A stretch of DNA of 54,253 bases, from NCBI GenBank assembly GCA_902773425.1, contig CACYEP010000075.1:1-54253 (forward strand), in the 5' to 3' direction. Of this stretch, positions 37,654 to 45,320 are shown one piece after another. Below the pieces are notes generated by a model that was not told where the DNA came from, did not search any database, and saw only the letters and a list, made by a program, of their open reading frames with translations. Position 1 is the stretch's first letter; every line of letters starts with the position of its first letter. This DNA comes from an uncultured Erysipelotrichaceae bacterium (GTDB lineage Bacteria; Bacillota_I; Bacilli_A; Erysipelotrichales; Erysipelotrichaceae). The position numbers were made by a program, and so were the translations under genes.

Positions 37654-38744
37654 TCCGCTGCACTTCCTTTCTCAATCTTTATAATCTTTGCCTTATTCCA
37701 AAGACGCGGATCAATCGCTTCCTTTTCGGTCGCTGTAATAATCGTCTGCACGCCTTCCGGCAATAATTCAATCAATGCGTTGCGCCGGCTTTCATCCAAT
37801 TCCGATAATACGTCATCCAGCAGCAGCACCGGATATTCTCCCGTTCTTTCCTTAATCAGATTTACCAAGGAAAGCTTCAGGGCAATCACAATCATACGTT
37901 TTTGGCCTTGGGACGCGTACGCCTTGACCGGATGTCCGTCTAAGAAGAATTCCATATCTTCCCGCTGGATCCCGGTGTTGGTCATACGGGTAATCAGATC
38001 CCGTTCCAGAGTATTTGCGATGCGGTTCTGAATCAATCCCCGCAGGATTGAGTCATCCGCGTGATACGCCACCATGGATTCATATGCCAATGTGATTTTT
38101 CCACCGGTGCCGGATAACTTCCGGTAATACTCCGATACGGTGCGGTTCAATTGCTGAATGAAGTGATATCTTTGGCGGATAATTTCCGTTTGAGGACCTA
38201 CCATCTGTTCGCTGATCGCGTCAATCAGCACACGGTCCGGCACTTCTTTCTTCAGCGCAATATTCCGGTTTTTCAGAAGGTTCGAATATTGATTCAGGAA
38301 CGTAATGTAGATTTTGGACATTTTTCCAAGCTCAATATCCAGGAATCTTCTGCGGTCGGTCGGCGAGGAATCAAACATTCCCATGTCTAACGGCGAGAAG
38401 ATGACCGCGTTCAGTTTTCCGACATAATCGGACATTTTCTTCACCGGTTCTCCGCGGACACAGAAAGTCTTTCCTTTTTTGTGAATCACGGCCGAAAACC
38501 GGGAAGACCCGTCATCATTCTCGGTGATGCAGTCCAATTGGAAATATTCTTTTCCGTTCATCATCATTTCTTCATCCGAAGCTCTGCGATGCGATTTTGT
38601 CGTACTTAAAAAGTAGACAGACTCCAGAAGGTTAGTTTTTCCCTGTCCGTTATTTCCAATCAAGATATTTAAACCCGGCCGGAATCCGACGATTGCTTCT
38701 TCATAATTCCGGAAACCGATCAGCCTGACTTTACGAATCCGCAT
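37626..38744 (-). CDS. recF: DNA replication/repair protein RecF
   Basis: [28 protein letters not shown] Walker A, and the signature SQGQKR. Start chosen at ATG 38744 by N-terminal homology; the TTG at 38771 is possible. Overlaps the gyrB start by 28 nt. Confidence 0.9.
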   Translation of the reverse strand: MRIRKVRLIGFRNYEEAIVGFRPGLNILIGNNGQGKTNLLESVYFLSTTKSHRRASDEEMMMNGKEYFQLDCITENDDGSSRFSAVIHKKGKTFCVRGEPVKKMSDYVGKLNAVIFSPLDMGMFDSSPTDRRRFLDIELGKMSKIYITFLNQYSNLLKNRNIALKKEVPDRVLIDAISEQMVGPQTEIIRQRYHFIQQLNRTVSEYYRKLSGTGGKITLAYESMVAYHADDSILRGLIQNRIANTLERDLITRMTNTGIQREDMEFFLDGHPVKAYASQGQKRMIVIALKLSLVNLIKERTGEYPVLLLDDVLSELDESRRNALIELLPEGVQTIITATEKEAIDPRLWNKAKIIKIEKGSAAEWMNSTTSN

Positions 38745-38952
38745 GAAGAATGTTATATGTCTCGCTTTCAATCGTTACGGTATCCCCCGCATAGATTTTT
38801 CTTCCGCGGCGGTCTTCCGGTTCGTTGTTCACGGTGATTTTCAGCTGCTTCACCATGATCTTTGCTTCGCCGCCGGTTTGGATCCAATCTGTCTTTTTCA
38901 ACAGCTGTCCGAGGGTGATATATTCGGTGTGAATGGTCACTTTTTTTGCCAT
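38731..38952 (-). CDS. yaaA: S4-domain RNA-binding protein YaaA
   Basis: 73 aa. ITLGQLLK...GGEAK...V.VNNEPEDRRGRKIYAGD fits an S4 fold. Conserved dnaN-yaaA-recF position. Confidence 0.8.
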   Translation of the reverse strand: MAKKVTIHTEYITLGQLLKKTDWIQTGGEAKIMVKQLKITVNNEPEDRRGRKIYAGDTVTIESETYNILHADS

Positions 38953-38985
38953 GTTTTTCTTGCCTCCGAACCTATTAATTTTACC

Positions 38986-39012
38986 ATAAAAAAGCCCTTT
39001 TTTTAAGGGCTC
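38986..39012 (-). terminator. intrinsic terminator downstream of dnaN
   Basis: On the minus strand: AGCCCTT, loop AAAAA, AAGGGCT, followed by TTTTTTAT. Confidence 0.65.
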
Positions 39013-39062
39013 TTCACATACTTTACAGGTTTTATTTTAAACGTTTTTCGGAGGCTCCGGCT

Positions 39063-40187
39063 TTAGTTGTAAGCACGCACCGGAAGCACCAGCTGAAGGG
39101 TCGTATCATCACTCAGAGAGGTGAGGATAAACGGCTTGACCTGGCCCGCAAACTGAATGCGGATCTTATCGCCTTCCAGACCGTTTAAAGCTTCGCTTAC
39201 ATACTTCGAACTGAAGAACAGTTCCAGATGTTCACCCTTATAAGATTCCGCGGAAAGGTTCTCTTTCGACGAACCGATTTCCTGGGAACGTGAAGACATC
39301 ACGACTTCATGTTCATCCATCGAAAGTTTCAAAATCGCGTATTGGTCGTTTTCGCTCTTGATGAAGCTGGAACGGTTGATTGCGGAAATCAAATCTCTCT
39401 TTTCCAAAACAAGTTCATACGGGAAGGATGCCGGAATGAAACGGCTGGTATCCGGATAGGTTCCGTCAATCAGACGTGTCTGGATCATTAAGCGGTCATT
39501 GAAGAACTGCGCTTTCTTGGAATCCATCGCGACACGTACTTTTTCATCGTCATTGAACGCTCTGGCAATATCCAATAAGCTCTTCGCCAATACCGTGATA
39601 TTGAATTCAAACGGAATATGAATTTTTAATTCTTTTCTCGCCAGACGGTAGCTGTCCGTGGAAACCACAGTCAGGGTTTCGCCGTCATTGCGCAGATTGA
39701 TACCGGTCAATACCGGACGCGCTTCCGAGAAGCTTGCGGCAAAGTATGTCTCCGATACGATGGTCTTAAGCAAGGACGCATCCATTTCGAACGACTGTTC
39801 CGGTGTTGTGAAATCAATCAGCGGATAATCGCTTCCGCGGAATCCGTTGATGTCAAACTGTGCCTTATTGCCGGAAATACGGGTCATGGTTGTATCACCG
39901 ATTTCCATGGTCACGACATCGGAATCGATTTTCTTGATGATTTCACTGATATAGGATTTATTGATAATAATGGATCCTTCTTCTTCCACTTCATAGACGA
40001 AGGAATCATTTTTATCTTCACGTACCTGAATGGAGATGTTCGCATCCGATCCGGTGCATTCCATATAGTCTTTCCGGATATCAAATTTAATGCCCGACAA
40101 TGCCGGCAGCGGAGAATTCGGAGAAATACCTTTTCCGGCGATATTGATCATCTGCGATAATTTGTCCTGCGAAATTTTTACGTACAT
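39063..40187 (-). CDS. dnaN: DNA polymerase III beta sliding clamp
   Basis: Three-domain clamp of about 374 aa. Start at ATG 40187 (MYVKISQDKL) with AAGAGG 8 nt upstream. Confidence 0.9.
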   Translation of the reverse strand: MYVKISQDKLSQMINIAGKGISPNSPLPALSGIKFDIRKDYMECTGSDANISIQVREDKNDSFVYEVEEEGSIIINKSYISEIIKKIDSDVVTMEIGDTTMTRISGNKAQFDINGFRGSDYPLIDFTTPEQSFEMDASLLKTIVSETYFAASFSEARPVLTGINLRNDGETLTVVSTDSYRLARKELKIHIPFEFNITVLAKSLLDIARAFNDDEKVRVAMDSKKAQFFNDRLMIQTRLIDGTYPDTSRFIPASFPYELVLEKRDLISAINRSSFIKSENDQYAILKLSMDEHEVVMSSRSQEIGSSKENLSAESYKGEHLELFFSSKYVSEALNGLEGDKIRIQFAGQVKPFILTSLSDDTTLQLVLPVRAYN

Positions 40188-40205
40188 AGTGTGGCCTCTT
40201 TTCAT

Positions 40206-40340
40206 TTATTCAGTTAAATAATAAATTAAATACTTCTTTTAATAAAGACTGTTCTTATGTGGATAACTTTCAGAAAACTGTTTATTCATGCGGTTATTTG
40301 AAGTTTTCAAAGATGTGGATAAAAAGTGGGTGAAGGTGGA
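40206..40340. other. oriC: oriC module II (dnaA-dnaN spacer): two perfect DnaA boxes plus an AT-rich candidate unwinding element
   Basis: TGTGGATAA at 40258-40266 and 40314-40322, in the same orientation. A degenerate GGTGGATTA lies at 40335-40343. The 40206-40250 stretch is strongly AT-rich (TTATTCAGTTAAATAATAAATTAAATACTTCTTTTAATAAAG). Confidence 0.7.
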
Positions 40341-41726
40341 TTAACGCAATCTTTCCTCAATTTCCTGCATGGCTTTACGGTAATTCGCGTCGGTTTTGAT
40401 TTTGGATTCCATCTTCTTGCAGGCGCTCATGACCGTGGTATGATCGCTGCGGTTGAAGAAGTTTCCGATTTTGTTGAAAGGCTCATCCAACTCCTTCCGG
40501 CATAAATACATTGCCATATGTCTGGCAGTGACAATGTTCGCGGCGCGGCTCTTGGATACAAGCTGCTGTTTCGTTAAGTGATAATAATCACCGACGGCGC
40601 GGATAATCTTCGTGCAGTCCAGAGACTGATCTGCCAGATCCTGTTTCACGATTTCTTTTAAGACGGTTTTCTCATCCGAATCGGAATATTGAATCTGATA
40701 GAACATATATTGATTTAACATGCCTTCGAGTTTACGGACATCTCCGGTGGAATTTGCCGCAATATAAGCTAAGGAATCATCATCAATCGGAGGACGGTCG
40801 GAATAAGATGCCTGTTCGCGCACTTTCATCTTTAAGATTTCAAGGCGGGTTTCAAATTCCGGCGAAGTGATTGTCACGGTTAAACCGGAAGAGAACCGGG
40901 AAACCAGACGGTCTTCGATATCGATATTATTCATATCAAACGGCGACGTATCGGATGTCAGGATAATCTGTTTATGATTGCTGACAAGGCTGTTATAAAT
41001 CTGGAAGAAGAAGGTTCCGGTTTTTTCCTTGCCTGCCAAAAACTGAATATCATCCAGCAATAACACATCCACGCTCTTCAATTTGTCCATGAGTTCCTGC
41101 GTGGAGAATCCTTTTTGTTTGGTGGAATCAATATACTGCGATGTCAGATCGCCGGTCGGAAGATATAAGACTCTCTTGGATGCGTCCTGTTTTTTAATAT
41201 AGTTTCCGATGGCGTGCAGAAGATGGGTTTTCCCAAGTCCGCTGTCACCGTATATAAATAAAGGATTGAAATAAGCACCCGGGTTATAGGCACATCCTAA
41301 GGCTGCCAGCTGTGCCTGACGGTTGGAATTACCTACGACAAAGTTGTCAAACGTGAATTCCGGACTGACATGATCTTCCCAATGACGGATGTAATCCGGT
41401 TCTTCTTCATCTTCTTCATCCGCAAACTGTTTGAGATATTCGGATTCTTCGATAGCTTCCACTTTGAAAGGAACCGGACTGTTTAACACACGTGCAGCAT
41501 AGATTTCAATCTTCGGATTATTGCGGTCTTTGACGATTTCTTTGGATAAGAAATTTCTGCATACCAAAACGAGAGTATCTTCGGTGATATTGCCGATGTA
41601 CACGCTTTTATTCAGAGTGTCGCAGATGATGTTGTCATATGCTTTTTCACTCTGTAAAAGATCCATGATGGATCTCCATGTGCGTGTATAAAATTCCTGA
41701 ACTCTCGTATCGATTGACTGACTCAT
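40341..41726 (-). CDS. dnaA: chromosomal replication initiator protein DnaA
   Basis: FIYGDSGLGKTHLLHA Walker A, LLLDDIQF, and the C-terminal DNA-binding helix (HTTVMSACKK). Start at ATG 41726 with GAGGA 6 nt upstream; the tracked start (41741) is TTG. Confidence 0.95.
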   Translation of the reverse strand: MSQSIDTRVQEFYTRTWRSIMDLLQSEKAYDNIICDTLNKSVYIGNITEDTLVLVCRNFLSKEIVKDRNNPKIEIYAARVLNSPVPFKVEAIEESEYLKQFADEEDEEEPDYIRHWEDHVSPEFTFDNFVVGNSNRQAQLAALGCAYNPGAYFNPLFIYGDSGLGKTHLLHAIGNYIKKQDASKRVLYLPTGDLTSQYIDSTKQKGFSTQELMDKLKSVDVLLLDDIQFLAGKEKTGTFFFQIYNSLVSNHKQIILTSDTSPFDMNNIDIEDRLVSRFSSGLTVTITSPEFETRLEILKMKVREQASYSDRPPIDDDSLAYIAANSTGDVRKLEGMLNQYMFYQIQYSDSDEKTVLKEIVKQDLADQSLDCTKIIRAVGDYYHLTKQQLVSKSRAANIVTARHMAMYLCRKELDEPFNKIGNFFNRSDHTTVMSACKKMESKIKTDANYRKAMQEIEERLR

Positions 41727-41836
41727 ATTTATCCTCTGCAATTGGTTGGAAATGGGCGCAGAAAAAAATGATTCTTTGGCCCGGTAATTCTATATAGAAA
41801 GGCGTAAGCCCTTTTTATACGGATTTAGAACGGAGA

Positions 41837-41911
41837 TTTTGCCTCCGTGCAAGTTGATTATAGAGTTATCCACAATGAAAGTCTATAGGTATTTTTGCCT
41901 CCGTGCAAGTT
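41837..41911 (+). repeat. 19-bp perfect direct repeat (2 copies) inside the DnaA-box cluster
   Basis: TTTTGCCTCCGTGCAAGTT at 41837-41855 and 41893-41911, a 56-bp period. Each copy is followed by a perfect TTATCCACA box, 10 nt later for copy 1 and overlapping by 2 nt for copy 2. Confidence 0.9.
41857..41885 (-). promoter_or_regulatory. candidate dnaA promoter with a DnaA box in the spacer
   Basis: On the minus strand: TAGACT (41885-41880), a 17-nt spacer, then TATAAT (41862-41857). The spacer contains TGTGGATAA (41866-41874). Confidence 0.35.
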
Positions 41912-42144
41912 ATCCACATATCGAAATATGCGATAAATAAAGGATTATTCATGTTTAATAAAAGTTATCCACCGTTATCCACTATTTTAAAAATGTGGAT
42001 GAGTTTGTGGAAAAAACATCCACTGCGAAAAAAAGTGAATAAAGTGGATAACTCTGTGAATTTCCACCGGAGTTATCCACATTGAACAGCGCATAAATAA
42101 ACACTTATTGTCCTGTTATCCACCAATCCACCGCCTGTGGATAA
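41866..42144. other. oriC: oriC module I: DnaA-box cluster upstream of dnaA
   Basis: Perfect TTATCCACA boxes, given as top-strand coordinates: 41866-41874, 41910-41918, 42073-42081, and inverted at 42136-42144. One-mismatch boxes: 41965-41973, 41975-41983, 41994-42002, 42043-42051 and 42116-42124. Weaker boxes: 42006-42014 and 42016-42024. Confidence 0.85.
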
Positions 42145-42186
42145 CTCCGAAAGTGAACGGTTAATGATTTTCCGCAAAAAAACTAC

Positions 42187-42192
42187 TATAAT
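42187..42192 (+). promoter_or_regulatory. -10 hexamer (TATAAT) of the candidate PASTA-gene promoter
   Basis: TATAAT lies 23 nt upstream of the ATG at 42216. No convincing -35. The last DnaA boxes lie 43-71 nt upstream. Confidence 0.35.
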
Positions 42193-42215
42193 AAAACTAA
42201 TTCAAGGAGAATCAC

Positions 42216-43898
42216 ATGAAAAAAACATTCAGTTATATATTAGCGTTCCTGATCTTACTGTCAGCCGCAGCTGCAGCATACTTCGGCTGGCAATACAGGA
42301 ATACCCACTTGATCAACGGGATGCTGGATATCCTGCTGCTGGCGCTTCTGGCTGCCGGAGCTATCCTGGCATTATGCTTAACTGTCACCGCCATCCGCGG
42401 GAATGCCCCGAAAGGATATCTCGGCGTTTCAATCGGCATGATTCTGATTAATGCCGCGGTCGCCTGTGCCTTAGCCGGTCTTTATTCCCTTCCGGATGAA
42501 GAAACCGTCCCTTATTTCTATAACAAGACTTACGCAGAAGTCCAGCAATGGTGCGATGATCACAACATCGAAATGTCTGCCGAATATGAATATACCGATT
42601 TGGTGGATAAATACAGCGTCGTAAGCCAGGACGTCGAACCCGGCAAAACCCTGAAGGGAGTTACGGAATTGAAGTTCCTGGTCTCGGAAGGACCAGACCC
42701 GGACAGAAAAGTACTTGTCCCGAGCATGCTGGGATGGAATGTAGAGGATGTCATCAACTTCGCGGAAGAAAACCATCTTCTTCATGTCATGATTGATTTT
42801 AAAGAATCTGACGCGGCTGCCAATCAAATCATCGAACAAAACACAAACGGCGAAATGAGGCGCAACGAATCTCTGGAACTGGCGGCATCCTTCCGACCGG
42901 ACGCTTCGGCTTCGGTTACAATGACAAGACTCGAAGGATTATCTTACCTTCGCGCAGTGACCTGGCTCAAACAAAACGGTATCGCATATGAAGAAACCGC
43001 GGAATTCTCAGACATTGTAAACCGCGGATATATCATCTCTTCCTCTGTGAAGGAAGGCACCGTTCTTACCGCGGAGGATGTCGTAAACCTGTCGGTATCC
43101 AAAGGAAAAGAAGTAATTGTCGGAAATCTCTTATCCATGACAACCAAGGAATTGGCGGTATGGGCTTCCGAAAACAATATCCACCTGAATTTTGAAGAAG
43201 CATACGATTCTTCGGTTCTCTTAGGCGAAATGATCAAGACCGATGTCGAACAGGGTCAAAGCATCGAAGAAGAAAGCACGGTTACCGTAACAATCTCCAA
43301 AGGTCCGTTAAAGATGCCGGATATCAAGAATGCCGATGAGTTTGAAGCTTGGGCAAAGGAATACGGCGTTAAAGTAGAACGCACTGATGAATATAACAAA
43401 GATGTCGCTGCGGGAGAAGTCATTGAATACTCCTTAAAACCGGGAGATGTAATTCCGAACGGAGAAACAGTCCGCATGAAAGTTTCCAAAGGCGAAGAAC
43501 CTCCGAAACCAAGCGGAGGCGGAAGTTCGGGAGGCAGTTCCGGAGGCGGAAGCTCAGGCGGAGGATCCGGCGGCGGCAATTCCGGAGGTAACTCAGGCGG
43601 CGAATCCGGCGGAGGTTCCGGCGGAGGAGAATCCGGAGGCGGCGGTGAAGAACACCACGACCCGCGGTCTTATACTCTGATCTTACAGTCCAACTGGTTC
43701 TCCGGAGGCAGCTACAGTTCCACCGTATCGATGCTGAATTCGCAGTTAAGTGCTTACGAAGGAGTCAACTTCGTATACGTTGCCAAACCGAGTTCCTGGC
43801 AGCCGAACGGTGTCATGCACGAAGATTCCCCGACCAAGGCATACCAAACCGTCGTGGAAGGCAATACCTACGAGATTTGGATCGTTAATAATGACTAA
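42216..43898 (+). CDS. membrane protein with five extracellular PASTA repeats, a Gly/Ser linker and a small C-terminal domain; no kinase or PBP domain
   Basis: AAGGAG RBS. Three N-terminal TM helices. Five ~65-aa repeats each end in (V/I)S(K/E)G(P/K/E), as PASTA units do. A GGS-rich linker and an ~85-aa tail follow. Confidence 0.75.
   Translation: MKKTFSYILAFLILLSAAAAAYFGWQYRNTHLINGMLDILLLALLAAGAILALCLTVTAIRGNAPKGYLGVSIGMILINAAVACALAGLYSLPDEETVPYFYNKTYAEVQQWCDDHNIEMSAEYEYTDLVDKYSVVSQDVEPGKTLKGVTELKFLVSEGPDPDRKVLVPSMLGWNVEDVINFAEENHLLHVMIDFKESDAAANQIIEQNTNGEMRRNESLELAASFRPDASASVTMTRLEGLSYLRAVTWLKQNGIAYEETAEFSDIVNRGYIISSSVKEGTVLTAEDVVNLSVSKGKEVIVGNLLSMTTKELAVWASENNIHLNFEEAYDSSVLLGEMIKTDVEQGQSIEEESTVTVTISKGPLKMPDIKNADEFEAWAKEYGVKVERTDEYNKDVAAGEVIEYSLKPGDVIPNGETVRMKVSKGEEPPKPSGGGSSGGSSGGGSSGGGSGGGNSGGNSGGESGGGSGGGESGGGGEEHHDPRSYTLILQSNWFSGGSYSSTVSMLNSQLSAYEGVNFVYVAKPSSWQPNGVMHEDSPTKAYQTVVEGNTYEIWIVNND
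43514..43646 (+). repeat. imperfect tandem GGC/GGA/AGT-type coding repeat (Gly/Ser-rich linker)
   Basis: Encodes SGGGSSGGSSGGGSSGGGSGGGNSGGNSGGESGGGSGGGESGGGG. The nucleotide units are variants of tccggaggcgga and are in frame within the PASTA gene. Confidence 0.8.
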
Positions 43899-43903
43899 AT
43901 ACG

Positions 43904-43928
43904 AAAGACCGCTCCGGCGGTCTTTTTC
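43904..43928 (+). terminator. intrinsic terminator after the PASTA gene
   Basis: AGACCGC (43906-43912), loop TCCG, GCGGTCT (43917-43923), followed by TTTTT. Confidence 0.7.
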
Positions 43929-44005
43929 AACGGAAAATCATCGAATGTTCAGATAAACTTCACATTCGGGTCTTATGATAATCCCGTAAACGGAGGTTAT
44001 GAACT

Positions 44006-45268
44006 ATGGAAGATGAAAACTATGAAGTAAATGAATCGAAAAATACAAACAACGAAACCGATCTCCGTGCGTTATTCAACACGGATTCAGCGGATGAACA
44101 AGCATCCGGGCATTATGAAAAAGAATATGATGAACCGGTCTATGTGGCCAAACCGAAAAAGTCACACGGTAAGTTCTGGAAAAGAGCCGGCGCTATCTTA
44201 GGAGTCCTGGTATTGGGGTTCGGATCCGGATTCGGGGGCGCATATACCTATCAGAAAGTATTCCCTTCGCAGAATGCGGGAAACGGCGTCATTTATCAAA
44301 ATGTATCAACGAATTCCGTACAGACACCGGTTGTCACCGGATCGGTGGAAAGTGTTGTTAATGCCGTTGAAGAAAGCGTCGTACAGATTTCTACGGAACA
44401 GACAGTCACCGGTGGCTTCTTCGGAACCTATGTAAAGAGCGGTGCCGGAAGCGGCGTTATTATCACGGCGGACGGATACATTGTCACAAATCATCACGTA
44501 ATCAGCGGCGCGACGAAAATCACGGTAACCCTCAAGAACAACGAACAGTATGATGCGACATTGATCGGCGCAGACGCGGACAGCGACCTTGCCGTCTTAA
44601 AGATCAATGTAACAGGATTAAAACCGGCAGTTCTCGGCGATTCGGAAACCTTATCCGCAGGTCAGTCGATTGTTGTCATCGGTAACCCGTTAGGCACTTT
44701 GGGCGGATCCGTAACATCCGGTGTTGTTTCCGCGATGAACCGTAATATCACGATTGAAGGCACAAAGATGACCTTGATCCAGATAGACGCAGCCGTCAAT
44801 CCGGGAAACTCCGGCGGAGCCTTATTCAATATGAACGGTGACCTGGTCGGCATCGTCAACGCGAAATACGCATCGGAAGATGTAGAAGGCATCGGATTTG
44901 CCATCCCGATCAACCAGGCGAAAACCGTCATTGAACAGCTGATCAATCAGGGTTATGTCAGCGGGAAAGTCTTGTTGGGAATCGGAGCCAGAGATATTCT
45001 GAGCGACCAGATGGCGTTCTTCTATAACGTAAAAGAGTTAGGTGTCTATATCACGGAAGTACGCAACGGATCGGACGCGGAAAACGCCGGATTAAAAGTC
45101 GGTGACCGCATCATCTCGGTAGACGGACAGGCAATTGAAAGTGCTACGGAGATATCCCCGATCGTACAAAGTCATGTGCCGGGAGATCAAATGACTGTCG
45201 TCATCTCCAGAAACGGCGAAGAAATCACCGTGGAAGTAACCCTGACCGAACAGGGAAACAAGATTTAA
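44006..45268 (+). CDS. htrA: membrane-anchored HtrA/DegP-family serine protease with a PDZ domain
   Basis: Catalytic triad contexts TNHHV, DSDLAVLKI and GNSGGALF. C-terminal PDZ domain (GLKVGDRIISVDG). N-terminal TM helix. GGAGG RBS. Confidence 0.85.
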   Translation: MEDENYEVNESKNTNNETDLRALFNTDSADEQASGHYEKEYDEPVYVAKPKKSHGKFWKRAGAILGVLVLGFGSGFGGAYTYQKVFPSQNAGNGVIYQNVSTNSVQTPVVTGSVESVVNAVEESVVQISTEQTVTGGFFGTYVKSGAGSGVIITADGYIVTNHHVISGATKITVTLKNNEQYDATLIGADADSDLAVLKINVTGLKPAVLGDSETLSAGQSIVVIGNPLGTLGGSVTSGVVSAMNRNITIEGTKMTLIQIDAAVNPGNSGGALFNMNGDLVGIVNAKYASEDVEGIGFAIPINQAKTVIEQLINQGYVSGKVLLGIGARDILSDQMAFFYNVKELGVYITEVRNGSDAENAGLKVGDRIISVDGQAIESATEISPIVQSHVPGDQMTVVISRNGEEITVEVTLTEQGNKI

Positions 45269-45287
45269 CTTTAGACAATACTTTCAA

Positions 45288-45320
45288 TAAAAAAGACATC
45301 CGCGAGGATGTCTTTTGTTT
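45288..45320. terminator. bidirectional terminator between convergent htrA and the autolysin gene
   Basis: AAAAGACATCC (45291-45301), loop GCGA, GGATGTCTTTT (45306-45316). Confidence 0.7.

Noticed and set aside
41903-42085. 60-aa ORF inside the dnaA upstream region
   Set aside because: It is made almost entirely of DnaA boxes (its translation is dictated by TTATCCACA repeats) and has no RBS. This is origin DNA, not a gene.
43514-43646. Short tandem repeats checked as a possible CRISPR array or noncoding satellite
   Set aside because: They are in frame within a long ORF, the units are degenerate with no spacers, and they encode a Gly/Ser linker.
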